Below are positions 9,914-18,764 of a DNA stretch of 64,000 nucleotides, piece after piece. A program made the translations under genes and the position numbers. The notes under the pieces were generated by a model. It made no database searches. It saw nothing but the letters and a program-made list of their open reading frames with translations, and was not told where the DNA came from. Each line of letters begins with the position of its first letter. Position 1 is the first letter of the stretch. Source of the DNA: a virus; the IMG/VR virus record IMGVR_UViG_3300025151_006410, positions 5,020 through 69,019 of that record, one strand, 5' to 3'.

Positions 9914-10240
9914 TTATAGCACCTTTCTTATCTTATTATAATCGGATTCTGACATTTTGTCACCCTGTTTTGTAACATCTTTTGGCAATCCTGTGTTTGT
10001 GTATTGTGTATCTTGTGGCACAGTATTGTGCAAATCTGCGGTATACACATCAGCTCTGCGTAGTTTATTCATTATGTAGTTTACTACGGTTGAGATTAAA
10101 AAATATGACAGTGCTAGCAAACACACCACAAACAGTACAATAGTTTTTATTACTTTCGCTCCTACTTCATAAAATTTGGTTTGTGAAAATTGCCAAGCAA
10201 CATTTTCAGCTTGAAACCACATCTCAACAAGTTTTTTCAT
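9914..10240 (-). CDS. hypothetical membrane protein
   Basis: one hydrophobic segment (IVLFVVCLLALSYFLI). Confidence 0.65.
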   Translation of the reverse strand: MKKLVEMWFQAENVAWQFSQTKFYEVGAKVIKTIVLFVVCLLALSYFLISTVVNYIMNKLRRADVYTADLHNTVPQDTQYTNTGLPKDVTKQGDKMSESDYNKIRKVL

Positions 10241-10437
10241 TATTTGCTTTTACCTGGTCGGTTAGTTCTATAGTCAATTTTACCTTTACGTTTAGACACA
10301 TGTTTCCTTTTTCTTTTGAGTCTTCTCTGTATTGTAACTACTTTTCTTTCTATCATTTCTGGTGTCTCAGGAAAAGGTATAATTTTTGGATCAACAAAAC
10401 TGTTAATTTTCCTTTTAAGCCACTCTATGTACTTCAT
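10240..10437 (-). CDS. small basic hypothetical protein
   Basis: TAATG-coupled at both ends; start MKYIEW at 10437. Confidence 0.55.
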   Translation of the reverse strand: MKYIEWLKRKINSFVDPKIIPFPETPEMIERKVVTIQRRLKRKRKHVSKRKGKIDYRTNRPGKSK

Positions 10438-10598
10438 TAAACATCCCATCCATATTTTGGCTTGTATTTCTTTTTTGCATACTGTTTCAATCTAGTTCCA
10501 GCTTTTTTATATGATTTCATTGCTCTATTGTCTTCTGCTTTTTGCTTTTTTGCATTTGCTTTGATAAGTTTATCAGCTTTTCCTTTAAGCCCTAACAT
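10437..10598 (-). CDS. small Lys-rich hypothetical protein (53 aa, below ORF-track cutoff)
   Basis: MLGLKGKADKLIKANAKKQ...KPKYGWDV; TAATG overlap with queE stop and with next start. Confidence 0.6.
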   Translation of the reverse strand: MLGLKGKADKLIKANAKKQKAEDNRAMKSYKKAGTRLKQYAKKKYKPKYGWDV

Positions 10599-11494
10599 TA
10601 TGTTCCTATTGCATTGCCAAACAGATACACATGTACTCTTGCCGCCACATTGTAACCTCTTCTAAATGCTTTTCTTGCCACTTCTCCTGCTGTGTCAGAT
10701 TGTTCTTCTTCTCTCGCACCCACAGGCATTATCCACACAGGATAGTCAACGCCAGCATCTCTAAATTTTTTCACAGTCATTTCTAGTTCTTCCCACTGTT
10801 CATCTTTGTGGCCAACAACAAATTTTAATTGTCCTTTTTTGGATAGCTCATAATATTCTGCAACATTATCAGGCTTGATAGCTTTTTCAGTTTTTTCTCC
10901 TGCCACTGTCCACAGTTTAGGACTAACACTAAAAAATACTTCTGTGTTATGACTGCTTACCCAATCTTTAAAGTCTGGTCTCAGTATTTGTGTTCCGTTA
11001 GTTTCAAACGTCATCGATTCAGGCAAATTGTTTTGACGTTTGAGCTCGTCATATATTCCAACCACTGCTTGTTGTCCTGTAACCATTAATGGTTCTCCAC
11101 CAGTAAAACACAAATGTTGTTTTTGTTTAGATGTTGGATGCAAAAATAAACCATCCGGATTATCATCTGTTCTTAAACAATCAATCAGTTTGTGTGCTAA
11201 CACAGTAGGGGTTTCTTGCCCCATTAAATGTTTATATTTTTTAGACCATGTGTAAGATGAATCACACCCTTTGTCCCAAACTGGTAAATCTTCGACTCGT
11301 TTTACTTGTGATACATCATATGATGCATATGGTAATTCCCATGATGATGGATCAGTTGGATTCAGTTGTCCAAATCCATCACATTGTAAATTACATAAAA
11401 AGAATCTTAGCCATGCAGTTGGAACGCCAGTATAGTGGCCTTCTCCTTGTATAGAATAAAATATTTCTGAATAATAGTATTTTTTCTCAACCAT
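10598..11494 (-). CDS. queE: 7-carboxy-7-deazaguanine synthase (radical SAM)
   Basis: EIFYSIQGEG, CNLQC...CDS, FTGGEP, ETNGT, SVSPK; clustered with folE. Confidence 0.9.
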   Translation of the reverse strand: MVEKKYYYSEIFYSIQGEGHYTGVPTAWLRFFLCNLQCDGFGQLNPTDPSSWELPYASYDVSQVKRVEDLPVWDKGCDSSYTWSKKYKHLMGQETPTVLAHKLIDCLRTDDNPDGLFLHPTSKQKQHLCFTGGEPLMVTGQQAVVGIYDELKRQNNLPESMTFETNGTQILRPDFKDWVSSHNTEVFFSVSPKLWTVAGEKTEKAIKPDNVAEYYELSKKGQLKFVVGHKDEQWEELEMTVKKFRDAGVDYPVWIMPVGAREEEQSDTAGEVARKAFRRGYNVAARVHVYLFGNAIGT

Positions 11495-11510
11495 GTGCTA
11501 TTAGTATATA

Positions 11511-11981
11511 CTATTTAGAAGATTTGTCTACTTCCCATGGATACACAATCCAACTTGGATCTTTGGATTTATCTATAGTTACAGCAGAATAATCAACGTC
11601 AAAACTTGATGGTATATTATCATGTATTACAGCAAAATCAACATCGTTATCATGTTTAGTAAACTGTTCTTTTAGATATTCAAACGTTTTACCAGTATCA
11701 TTAATGTCGTCGACACACAGGTACTTCATTGGTTTTAGATTCAGTTGTGAAGGCAAAATTTTTGTTTTAACATCTGCATGATCTCTAAATGAACACTTTA
11801 CACTATACAATGGTATTTTCATTTTATGTGAAAGTATTACAGCAGGAATGAGACCTCCACGTTCTACACCTATAATTGCATCATAATCATATGGCATTGA
11901 TTCACATTGTATTGATATATCGTTAGTCCAGTCGTGTACTTGTTCCCAAGTAATGTAGATTTTATTTGGTGTATTGTTCAT
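11511..11981 (-). CDS. type I purine phosphoribosyltransferase (Gpt-like)
   Basis: GVERGGLIPA, PRPP-binding loop VDDINDTGKT, WIVYPWE. Confidence 0.88.
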   Translation of the reverse strand: MNNTPNKIYITWEQVHDWTNDISIQCESMPYDYDAIIGVERGGLIPAVILSHKMKIPLYSVKCSFRDHADVKTKILPSQLNLKPMKYLCVDDINDTGKTFEYLKEQFTKHDNDVDFAVIHDNIPSSFDVDYSAVTIDKSKDPSWIVYPWEVDKSSK

Positions 11982-13011
11982 AAGCCCTATTGATTACATT
12001 GTTTGTTCGTATAAATGTTGCACACTTGGCCATGTCCTTTAATCTTTTTGCACCTATATAGGTACAAGCACTTCTCACACCACCTAGTATGTCTTGTATT
12101 GTTGGTTCGACAGGACCTCTATCTGGCAAAGATATCAATCTTCCTTCGTTACCACGGTATCCACCTTTTGATTTGTTATGCACTTCTCTTGCACGATCCG
12201 AACTCATGCCGTAAAATTCTCTTTTTCCATCTACAGCTTTAATTCCTGATTCATCATGCCCAGCCAACATTCCGCCTATCATAACCATATGAGCTCCACC
12301 GCCCAATGCCTTTGCTATATCTCCAGGATGTACACAGCCACCGTCTGCCATGATATGTCCACCTACTCCATTAGCCGCATCTGAACATTCTACTATTGCA
12401 GAAAACTGCGGAACACCTACACCAGTCATTGTTCTTGTTGTACACACAGAACCTGGCCCTATACCTACTTTGACAATGTCTGCACCATTTAATATTAATT
12501 CTTCTGTCATTTCACCAGTTACAACATTTCCAGTCACAATTACTTTGTCAGGATATTCATTTCTTACCATTTTTACAAAATCGACCATGTGTTGATGATA
12601 TGCATTAGCAACATCAATAGTGATCATTTTAATATCAGGAAAACTTTTGAGAACTGCTTGCATAGTTTTGTAATCTTCAGCTTCAGCATCAAATACTCTT
12701 TTAGTACCAGTACACACTGATACACTTTGTAATCTTAAACCATCACCCACAGCCTGTTTCCATTGATCAATAGTGGTAGTTTTTGTAATCACAGTCATCA
12801 TTTTATATTTTTGCAACACTTTTGCCATTTGAAATGTGCCTACCCCATCCATGTTACTTGCGAATATAGGACAAAAATCTAAAACTTTGTTTGAATTGCG
12901 GAAAGAAAACTTGCGTGTCATTTCCACGTCTGCTCTTGATGTTAGCGTGCTTCGTTTTGGCTGTAATAAAACATCCTCAAAATTTAATTTTATTTCTTGA
13001 CTAATTCTCAT
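11962..13011 (-). CDS. guaC: GMP reductase
   Basis: LLQPKRSTLTSR, IDVANAY, KVGIGPGSVCTTR, MADGG, FYGMSS, ILGGVRSACTY. Confidence 0.93.
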   Translation of the reverse strand: MRISQEIKLNFEDVLLQPKRSTLTSRADVEMTRKFSFRNSNKVLDFCPIFASNMDGVGTFQMAKVLQKYKMMTVITKTTTIDQWKQAVGDGLRLQSVSVCTGTKRVFDAEAEDYKTMQAVLKSFPDIKMITIDVANAYHQHMVDFVKMVRNEYPDKVIVTGNVVTGEMTEELILNGADIVKVGIGPGSVCTTRTMTGVGVPQFSAIVECSDAANGVGGHIMADGGCVHPGDIAKALGGGAHMVMIGGMLAGHDESGIKAVDGKREFYGMSSDRAREVHNKSKGGYRGNEGRLISLPDRGPVEPTIQDILGGVRSACTYIGAKRLKDMAKCATFIRTNNVINRAYEQYTK

Positions 13012-13014
13012 ATT

Positions 13015-13362
13015 TTATTCTTTTTCTTCCTTTTCACGTTGTTCACACATATGTTTAACCATACAATATTTTTCCCATATGTCCTGTAGTGCTGGATATT
13101 TTTTTCTTAATTTTACATGTGGCCATTCTTCGCCTTCCCATGCAAACTCATCTGCCATATGCACAGTATATCCCGAAGAAGCTGTGTCAAAAACTTCTGG
13201 TGCTAAATTTACAGTTGTTGTACCATCTAGATCTGTTTGCCATTCTAATCCTTTTAGATCCATCTGTTCTGCCCATTCAGTTTCGTTTTCTTCCTGTGTT
13301 TGTCCTTGCCTCGGCTTTGGCTGTGGCTGACGCAAAGTTAATGTATATTCACCTTTGGGCAC
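13015..13362 (-). CDS. hypothetical phage protein
   Basis: 115 aa ORF; LRKKYPALQDIWEKY C-terminal motif. Confidence 0.6.
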   Translation of the reverse strand: MPKGEYTLTLRQPQPKPRQGQTQEENETEWAEQMDLKGLEWQTDLDGTTTVNLAPEVFDTASSGYTVHMADEFAWEGEEWPHVKLRKKYPALQDIWEKYCMVKHMCEQREKEEKE

Positions 13363-14039
13363 TAAGCATGGCCTTTCATAGACAAACAGATATCATAAAA
13401 TTCTTGTTTAAGTGCAGGGTCTTCACCAAACCCGCCTAACATTACTGCTGTAGTCATATCTGATTCATGTTCACGTACACCTCTGTGTGTCATGCAATGA
13501 TGTTCTGCTTTTACTACCACTGCCACATGTGGAGTCTTTGCAAACTTTACTAATTCATCAGCAATGTGTGTAGTCATTTCTTCTTGTATTTGTGGACGTT
13601 CTGCTATATGATGCACAATTCTATTGAACTTGCTCAAACCAATTACTTCATCCTCTGGAATAATACCTATCCATGCTTTGCCTACAATGTTTTGAAAATG
13701 ATGGGCACAAGTTGATCTGATTGATATTGGACCTGATGTGTATAAACTTTTGTATCCCATGTTTGGAAAAGCAGTTATCTTTGGTTGTTTTTTAAATCTA
13801 CCACCAAAAATTTCTTGCACATACATTTTTGCCACTCTTCTTGCTGTGTCTTGTGTGTTGTGATCGTTTTCTGTATCAATCACAAGACTGTCTAACACAT
13901 TTTGGAATTTTTCTTCAACTTCTTGTTGCAGTTTTTCTAAGTCACCTTCATACATGAACTCAGAAATGTTATCGTTGGAATGAAACCTTCGACCAACACT
14001 TTGTATTCTACTTTTGATTATTTCACTAATCTTTTCCAT
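13362..14039 (-). CDS. folE: GTP cyclohydrolase I
   Basis: TARRVAKMY, STCAHH, IGLSKFNR, RPQIQE, HHCMTHRG. Confidence 0.95.
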   Translation of the reverse strand: MEKISEIIKSRIQSVGRRFHSNDNISEFMYEGDLEKLQQEVEEKFQNVLDSLVIDTENDHNTQDTARRVAKMYVQEIFGGRFKKQPKITAFPNMGYKSLYTSGPISIRSTCAHHFQNIVGKAWIGIIPEDEVIGLSKFNRIVHHIAERPQIQEEMTTHIADELVKFAKTPHVAVVVKAEHHCMTHRGVREHESDMTTAVMLGGFGEDPALKQEFYDICLSMKGHA

Positions 14040-14045
14040 ATAGTT

Positions 14046-14072
14046 TCTCCGATGTTGAGGCAGTGGATTGCC
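14046..14072 (-). promoter_or_regulatory. small hairpin adjacent to folE Shine-Dalgarno (candidate translational control element)
   Basis: GGCA-AUCCAC-UGCC then UCAACAUC-GGAG; loop UCC complementary to SD GGA. Confidence 0.35.
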
Positions 14073-14079
14073 ATTGTTA

Positions 14080-15150
14080 TCATTTTAGTATACTTTCTAG
14101 GATTGCTTTATACAAGTTATTTCCGTGGAAAAATTTTTCATCTAGTGTTTTTTTCTGTTTGTGCATTGGTGTGATGTATGTGTGATAGTTTTCCATATAG
14201 TCTACAATCTTTTCTATTATTTTTGGCTTATATTGTTGATAGGATGTTTGGCTTTTGGTCCACACACTTGGATACTTAAATGTATTATCAAACATTTCAA
14301 AATAAGATAATCTGTCTGGAACCATTGGAATAGTTTCCAATATTAATCCTTCATAGCCAGATATGCCTAATGTTTCTTGTAAGTTTGCACTGAATATAAG
14401 TTTTGCTTCAGCCAACAAGTTATGATAATCATTTTTGCTCAACTGTTTTTCTTGGCAAACTACAAATTCATATTGTGGCAACGCATCTTTTAGATCATAA
14501 AATATTTCAGGCTGTTTTTCTGGCGCAAGTCTGTGCGGAAACAATATGAGATTGCGTTTGGTTGTGTTTTTATAGCTTTCGAGATCTGAATCCATATACT
14601 CCATTGGCCATCCTGTTTGGATTGTCTTTGGTTCTTTGTGTAATAAAGTCTCAGGATATAATGCTTCATACAACAGTTTGATATGAAAGTCTGTTGCAAA
14701 AAAATTATTATCATAGCATTCAAACATTGAACGTTCAGCATTGCGTACCCAGTTCGCACTACCAATTAGTCTACCCAAAAAGTCCGCAGGATCATAAGAG
14801 CCAGCGTGCCATAATCCGCCAATTTTAATATCTACGCCTAACAGCTTGGACATGTATTTTAATTGTATAACAGTTGGGTTCCATGCGTCAGTGTATAAAA
14901 AATAATCTCCATTTTTTATTTGGCCACTGCAAAACATTTCGCCTATTTGTTCTAATTGTTTTGACTTGTAAACATTAGTCCCGCCAAAGTTTAAAAAAGC
15001 ACCCGGAGTTGTTGCCTGCGGAGTATCGCCACCAGATACAGTGATTACTTTTTTTCCAGTGTGTTTTTCAAGCTGTTTTGGCAAATGCTTTTTCCACTGT
15101 GCTGTATAGCGTGTTTCTACTGCTTCTATGTCAACAAGGTAAATGGTCAT
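14080..15150 (-). CDS. GT-B-like glycosyltransferase within deazaguanine cluster
   Basis: C-terminal ILFPHRLAPEKQPE and SANLQETLGISGYEG resemble GT4-like nucleotide-sugar binding motifs. Confidence 0.7.
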   Translation of the reverse strand: MTIYLVDIEAVETRYTAQWKKHLPKQLEKHTGKKVITVSGGDTPQATTPGAFLNFGGTNVYKSKQLEQIGEMFCSGQIKNGDYFLYTDAWNPTVIQLKYMSKLLGVDIKIGGLWHAGSYDPADFLGRLIGSANWVRNAERSMFECYDNNFFATDFHIKLLYEALYPETLLHKEPKTIQTGWPMEYMDSDLESYKNTTKRNLILFPHRLAPEKQPEIFYDLKDALPQYEFVVCQEKQLSKNDYHNLLAEAKLIFSANLQETLGISGYEGLILETIPMVPDRLSYFEMFDNTFKYPSVWTKSQTSYQQYKPKIIEKIVDYMENYHTYITPMHKQKKTLDEKFFHGNNLYKAILESILK

Positions 15151-15449
15151 ATGCTTTTGTGTATTGAATCCTCTACTAATTTAAATTTCATTGCTAGATA
15201 AGTTTTAATTTTTTGATCTTTACATGAAAACACAACTTCGTCACAGCCTGAATCTTCATAGAAAAAATCTTCTCCGTACTTGTATCCTTTTTGTCCTAGA
15301 TCGTTTGATACAATGCACCCTGCATCGAAATCAGTATAGTTGCCATTCAAGGCTCCTCCTTCAACAGGATAATAAGATGCTCTATCAGTGGTGCTTTTTG
15401 AATCTATTATCACAGTGTGTTTAAATTTATAAGGCCCTGGATTCGACAT
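15147..15449 (-). CDS. hypothetical protein
   Basis: 100 aa ORF translationally coupled on both sides. Confidence 0.6.
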   Translation of the reverse strand: MSNPGPYKFKHTVIIDSKSTTDRASYYPVEGGALNGNYTDFDAGCIVSNDLGQKGYKYGEDFFYEDSGCDEVVFSCKDQKIKTYLAMKFKLVEDSIHKSI

Positions 15450-15811
15450 TAATTAAGTGCTTTCTTTTCATATGTACACAAACTACCATTTTCACCATCT
15501 TCTGATACTTCAATAGTGATACTGCGATTTGGATATTTGTTTTGTATTTCTTTTGCTAAATCATCTGATATCATTTCACACGATTTATAATCTAATTCAA
15601 GTGTGCCTTCATACAATCCTTCCATCCATCTTTTGAATTGTATAAATTCAATATCTCTATCATCATGATATACTTCAATCATAACTTTGAAATGGAAAAT
15701 GTGTCTGTGTGGGTATCCTAAAAAACTTACATCTTCTAGTTTAGGATCCTGCAGTGCGGCTGGATATTTGTGAATACCTTCTTTGCGAAAAGTTACCCAA
15801 ATGTTTTTCAT
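15449..15811 (-). CDS. QueD-like T-fold protein with LxxxHRHxF motif (DpdL-like, putative CDG decarboxylase)
   Basis: GIH, FLGYPHRHIFHF replaces QueD CxxxHGH; SCEMI and VSEDGENG T-fold motifs. Confidence 0.7.
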   Translation of the reverse strand: MKNIWVTFRKEGIHKYPAALQDPKLEDVSFLGYPHRHIFHFKVMIEVYHDDRDIEFIQFKRWMEGLYEGTLELDYKSCEMISDDLAKEIQNKYPNRSITIEVSEDGENGSLCTYEKKALN

Positions 15812-16317
15812 AGTGTTTCATCCTTTGTATATTCATTCCATTCTGTAAAATGTTCATCAGTAATCAAATCTCTCACTGACCAACACCATACACCTGGATT
15901 GGTTGCTTTAAAATCTTTGTCATCAATTTTCAATACAATATTACCACGCATGTTCATAATGTTTTCTACTGGCAATGCATATACTATTGTAAATTTTTTA
16001 TTTGTCAAGCATTCTTCGAAGTGTGAAGCATTACTTACTCTTGTGTCAACTGTAACGTAATAATCTAATTTAAGCAGTTTGTCGATGGTATTAAGTAAAG
16101 GTTGGCTTTGTTCATACTCAATGTGTTTGAGTGAATGATTTGCACCTAAATAAATGTGTTTACAGTTATGTTGTATTGCTAGTTCTTTAATTTTTTCCAC
16201 CGCCTGATATCCAACCACAAACAAAGTTTTCAACCCGTATGTTGGTGTTTTTTCAACTTCTGTACCAGTAAAGAAAACTACGTTATCTTTTACTCCATCT
16301 GTATAATCACGTTTCAT
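15808..16317 (-). CDS. hypothetical protein embedded in deazaguanine cluster
   Basis: 169 aa; GTEVEKTP, TLFVVG, HIYLGANHS, ATNPGVW. Confidence 0.7.
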   Translation of the reverse strand: MKRDYTDGVKDNVVFFTGTEVEKTPTYGLKTLFVVGYQAVEKIKELAIQHNCKHIYLGANHSLKHIEYEQSQPLLNTIDKLLKLDYYVTVDTRVSNASHFEECLTNKKFTIVYALPVENIMNMRGNIVLKIDDKDFKATNPGVWCWSVRDLITDEHFTEWNEYTKDETL

Positions 16318-16519
16318 CTTGCTCTAACCATTTTTCTATTTCTTCATACTCCTCATGAGTAAGCATTTCTTTCATTCTTAATTTTATTTTTTTCATTTCT
16401 ATCAGTTCTGCTTTGTGGTCAAATGATCTGGTAAGTTCACGCTGTGATTCCATTTGTTTTACACGTTTTTTAAGTTTTTTCAGCTCTTGCTTGAATTCTA
16501 ACAATTTGTCGTCAGTCAT
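16307..16519 (-). CDS. small coiled-coil protein (DUF465/YdcH-like)
   Basis: helical hairpin ending ELIEMKKIKLRMKE. Confidence 0.55.
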   Translation of the reverse strand: MTDDKLLEFKQELKKLKKRVKQMESQRELTRSFDHKAELIEMKKIKLRMKEMLTHEEYEEIEKWLEQDET

Positions 16520-17977
16520 TTACACCTCCTCAAATAGATCAGTAAATTTTGTTTGTGCATTAACAATTCTTTTGCCAGTGTTGCCTCTTGTACCAATAAT
16601 GCTATCCCAATATTTAGAATATTCATTTATTACTGCATTGGCTACATCTCTATCGTCAGTGGCAAATATTGCTTCTACTATATCTCTGAACATAATACGA
16701 TCAAAGGTTTCATTAATTAACATAGCAGGAATCTTACCTTTTTCATATTGCCTGTTTGCTTCTTGTACTGCGTTTATGTGCATCCAAACATTGTGCCCCA
16801 TCATAATTGCATATGAAAAAGAATCCCATGATGTCTTTCCTTCTTTACCAACTTTATTTAGATCACCCGGTGCGTAAATGCAAATATCTTTTGCAGTAAG
16901 ATCTTTTGTAATTGGTGAATCTAAGAAACTTACATGCTTGCCTTCTCTTACAAATGCTTCAGCAAATCTTGTACCATCATTTGCAAAAGATTTGTTATCA
17001 ATTGACGGCACCATTCTATACACCCATTTGTGTCTATCTTCAGTTTCTAGTTCGCAATAAATCTGTCCATTTGCTGTGGCAAGGAATGGCGATGCACAAT
17101 CAAATGTGATTGTAAAATTAGGATTATGATATTTTCTTACTGCTCGTTGTATATCTGTCAGCAGTGTTGCCCATTCAAGTTTTGATGTTCCTAAAAAGTG
17201 CATGAAATCATGCAAGCCTTTTTCTAACAATCCATCAAATCTTAGTGCAACTAATCTTTTCAACACAAGATGTATGTCACACATGTTTTGCCCACCCATT
17301 GACCAACCGTTAAAGTGTGTGCTAGGATATTGTTTAGGATCACAATATTTTTTCATACGTTCGTACCAATCATCTGCATCCGTGTGATTTTCGCCTTGAA
17401 GCACATTTAAAAATTTACAACTGCCATTCCTGTTCTTCATAAAATATTCATTGTTGATTTCAGTGGCTTTACAGGCTTCTTCATAGGTCGATATGCCAGT
17501 TGCTTGTTGGCCTTTAGGAGAACGAGCCACCCAAGCAGGAATGTCAAGTATCATGCCATAGTCCATCAGTGCATCCATCCATTTCAAAACAAGTTCACGT
17601 TTTTTTGATGCTTTAGGACAGTTAGGATCTTTCCAATCACCTTCCCACACACCTTTTCCTATTTGGAAGCCGCCTGAATCTCCTAGCGTCCAAGACGTTG
17701 ACTTGTCGCGTTGGCGGAACATATCTTCTTTTGGTGAATCTTTAGTTAAATCTAGTTCAGCGTGTCCTGCCGAATACAAACACCACTTATAATTAAACTG
17801 TGCTTTTGGATTAAGAAAGTTAAGACTTTCTACACCGTTGACAAAGTTTTTTGGAATACGATTATTATCTACGTATTCCTCTCTTCTTTGTTTACCAACA
17901 AATGTCGCATAGAATCCACTAACTGCTGGAAGGAATACAGCATAATCTTTTTGTTCAGCAGTTAGATCTACGTTCAT
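16520..17977 (-). CDS. dpdA: tRNA-guanine-transglycosylase-fold protein, DpdA-like DNA base-exchange enzyme
   Basis: LGDSGGFQ, MILDIP, NVLQG, MHFLGTS, TFDCASP, C-terminal GHN; context with folE/queE. Confidence 0.78.
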   Translation of the reverse strand: MNVDLTAEQKDYAVFLPAVSGFYATFVGKQRREEYVDNNRIPKNFVNGVESLNFLNPKAQFNYKWCLYSAGHAELDLTKDSPKEDMFRQRDKSTSWTLGDSGGFQIGKGVWEGDWKDPNCPKASKKRELVLKWMDALMDYGMILDIPAWVARSPKGQQATGISTYEEACKATEINNEYFMKNRNGSCKFLNVLQGENHTDADDWYERMKKYCDPKQYPSTHFNGWSMGGQNMCDIHLVLKRLVALRFDGLLEKGLHDFMHFLGTSKLEWATLLTDIQRAVRKYHNPNFTITFDCASPFLATANGQIYCELETEDRHKWVYRMVPSIDNKSFANDGTRFAEAFVREGKHVSFLDSPITKDLTAKDICIYAPGDLNKVGKEGKTSWDSFSYAIMMGHNVWMHINAVQEANRQYEKGKIPAMLINETFDRIMFRDIVEAIFATDDRDVANAVINEYSKYWDSIIGTRGNTGKRIVNAQTKFTDLFEEV

Positions 17978-18714
17978 TATTTTGTTTGTGCTGGTAAGAT
18001 ATATTGATATTTTCCTATGCCAGAATCAAGTGTGATTTGTGCCGCTCCATCATCTGAGAAAGACATTTCACATTCATTAGATTCTGCTAGTTTTAGAATT
18101 TGTGTTACTTGTGCAACTGGCCATGACCAAGATTTAGACAATGCTCCTTCAATCCCTTTAACAAAAGTAAACTCGCCTGCATGTGATGATGCATCACCAA
18201 ATTTAAATTTTAGCTCGTCACCATCTGTACTAACTGTAAACACTTGTTCTTCTAGGTTGGCTTGTGCCTGTTGATTCAATCTAAGTATATCTGGCATGGT
18301 TGGCTTTATATTGACGTGCCAATTAACACCACGAAACTTTACTGACTTTAGTTTTTCATTTACAATTTCAGAATTCATAAATCTATAATCATTTTTAAAA
18401 TCTTTTCTTGCATTTTCAAAATGCAAACCAGTTGGCACTACTTCATTGTTACGTTCCTGTGTATTCACTGATATGTTAGCACTATCTTTGTATTCAGGAA
18501 GTTTAAGCAGTATGTCTAGCTTGCCTAAATTAGGCATTCCAAATGTGCCTTTCATTTCCGGCACTGGGTTTTTGAATTCAGCTTTTACAACAACTGACTT
18601 ATCTTCTGCCATAGCATCCATAGTAGTTGCTGTTTCGTCGCCAACAATTTTTACTAGTTCAATAAATCCTAGCGAATGCGTATGTTGTACGACATCTTGT
18701 AATATATCTTTCAT
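17977..18714 (-). CDS. DNA polymerase sliding clamp (gp45/PCNA-like)
   Basis: 245 aa, near PolB; C-terminal GAAQITLDSGIGKYQYILPA; clamp loader present in window. Confidence 0.7.
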   Translation of the reverse strand: MKDILQDVVQHTHSLGFIELVKIVGDETATTMDAMAEDKSVVVKAEFKNPVPEMKGTFGMPNLGKLDILLKLPEYKDSANISVNTQERNNEVVPTGLHFENARKDFKNDYRFMNSEIVNEKLKSVKFRGVNWHVNIKPTMPDILRLNQQAQANLEEQVFTVSTDGDELKFKFGDASSHAGEFTFVKGIEGALSKSWSWPVAQVTQILKLAESNECEMSFSDDGAAQITLDSGIGKYQYILPAQTK

Positions 18715-18735
18715 GCGTGTATCTCCTTAGTCTTT

Positions 18736-18764
18736 ATTATAATTGTAATTAGGTTAAAAGTCAA
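18736..18764 (-). promoter_or_regulatory. sigma70-type promoter for clamp/dpdA operon
   Basis: TTGACT-N17-TATAAT then AAGGAG SD. Confidence 0.7.
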
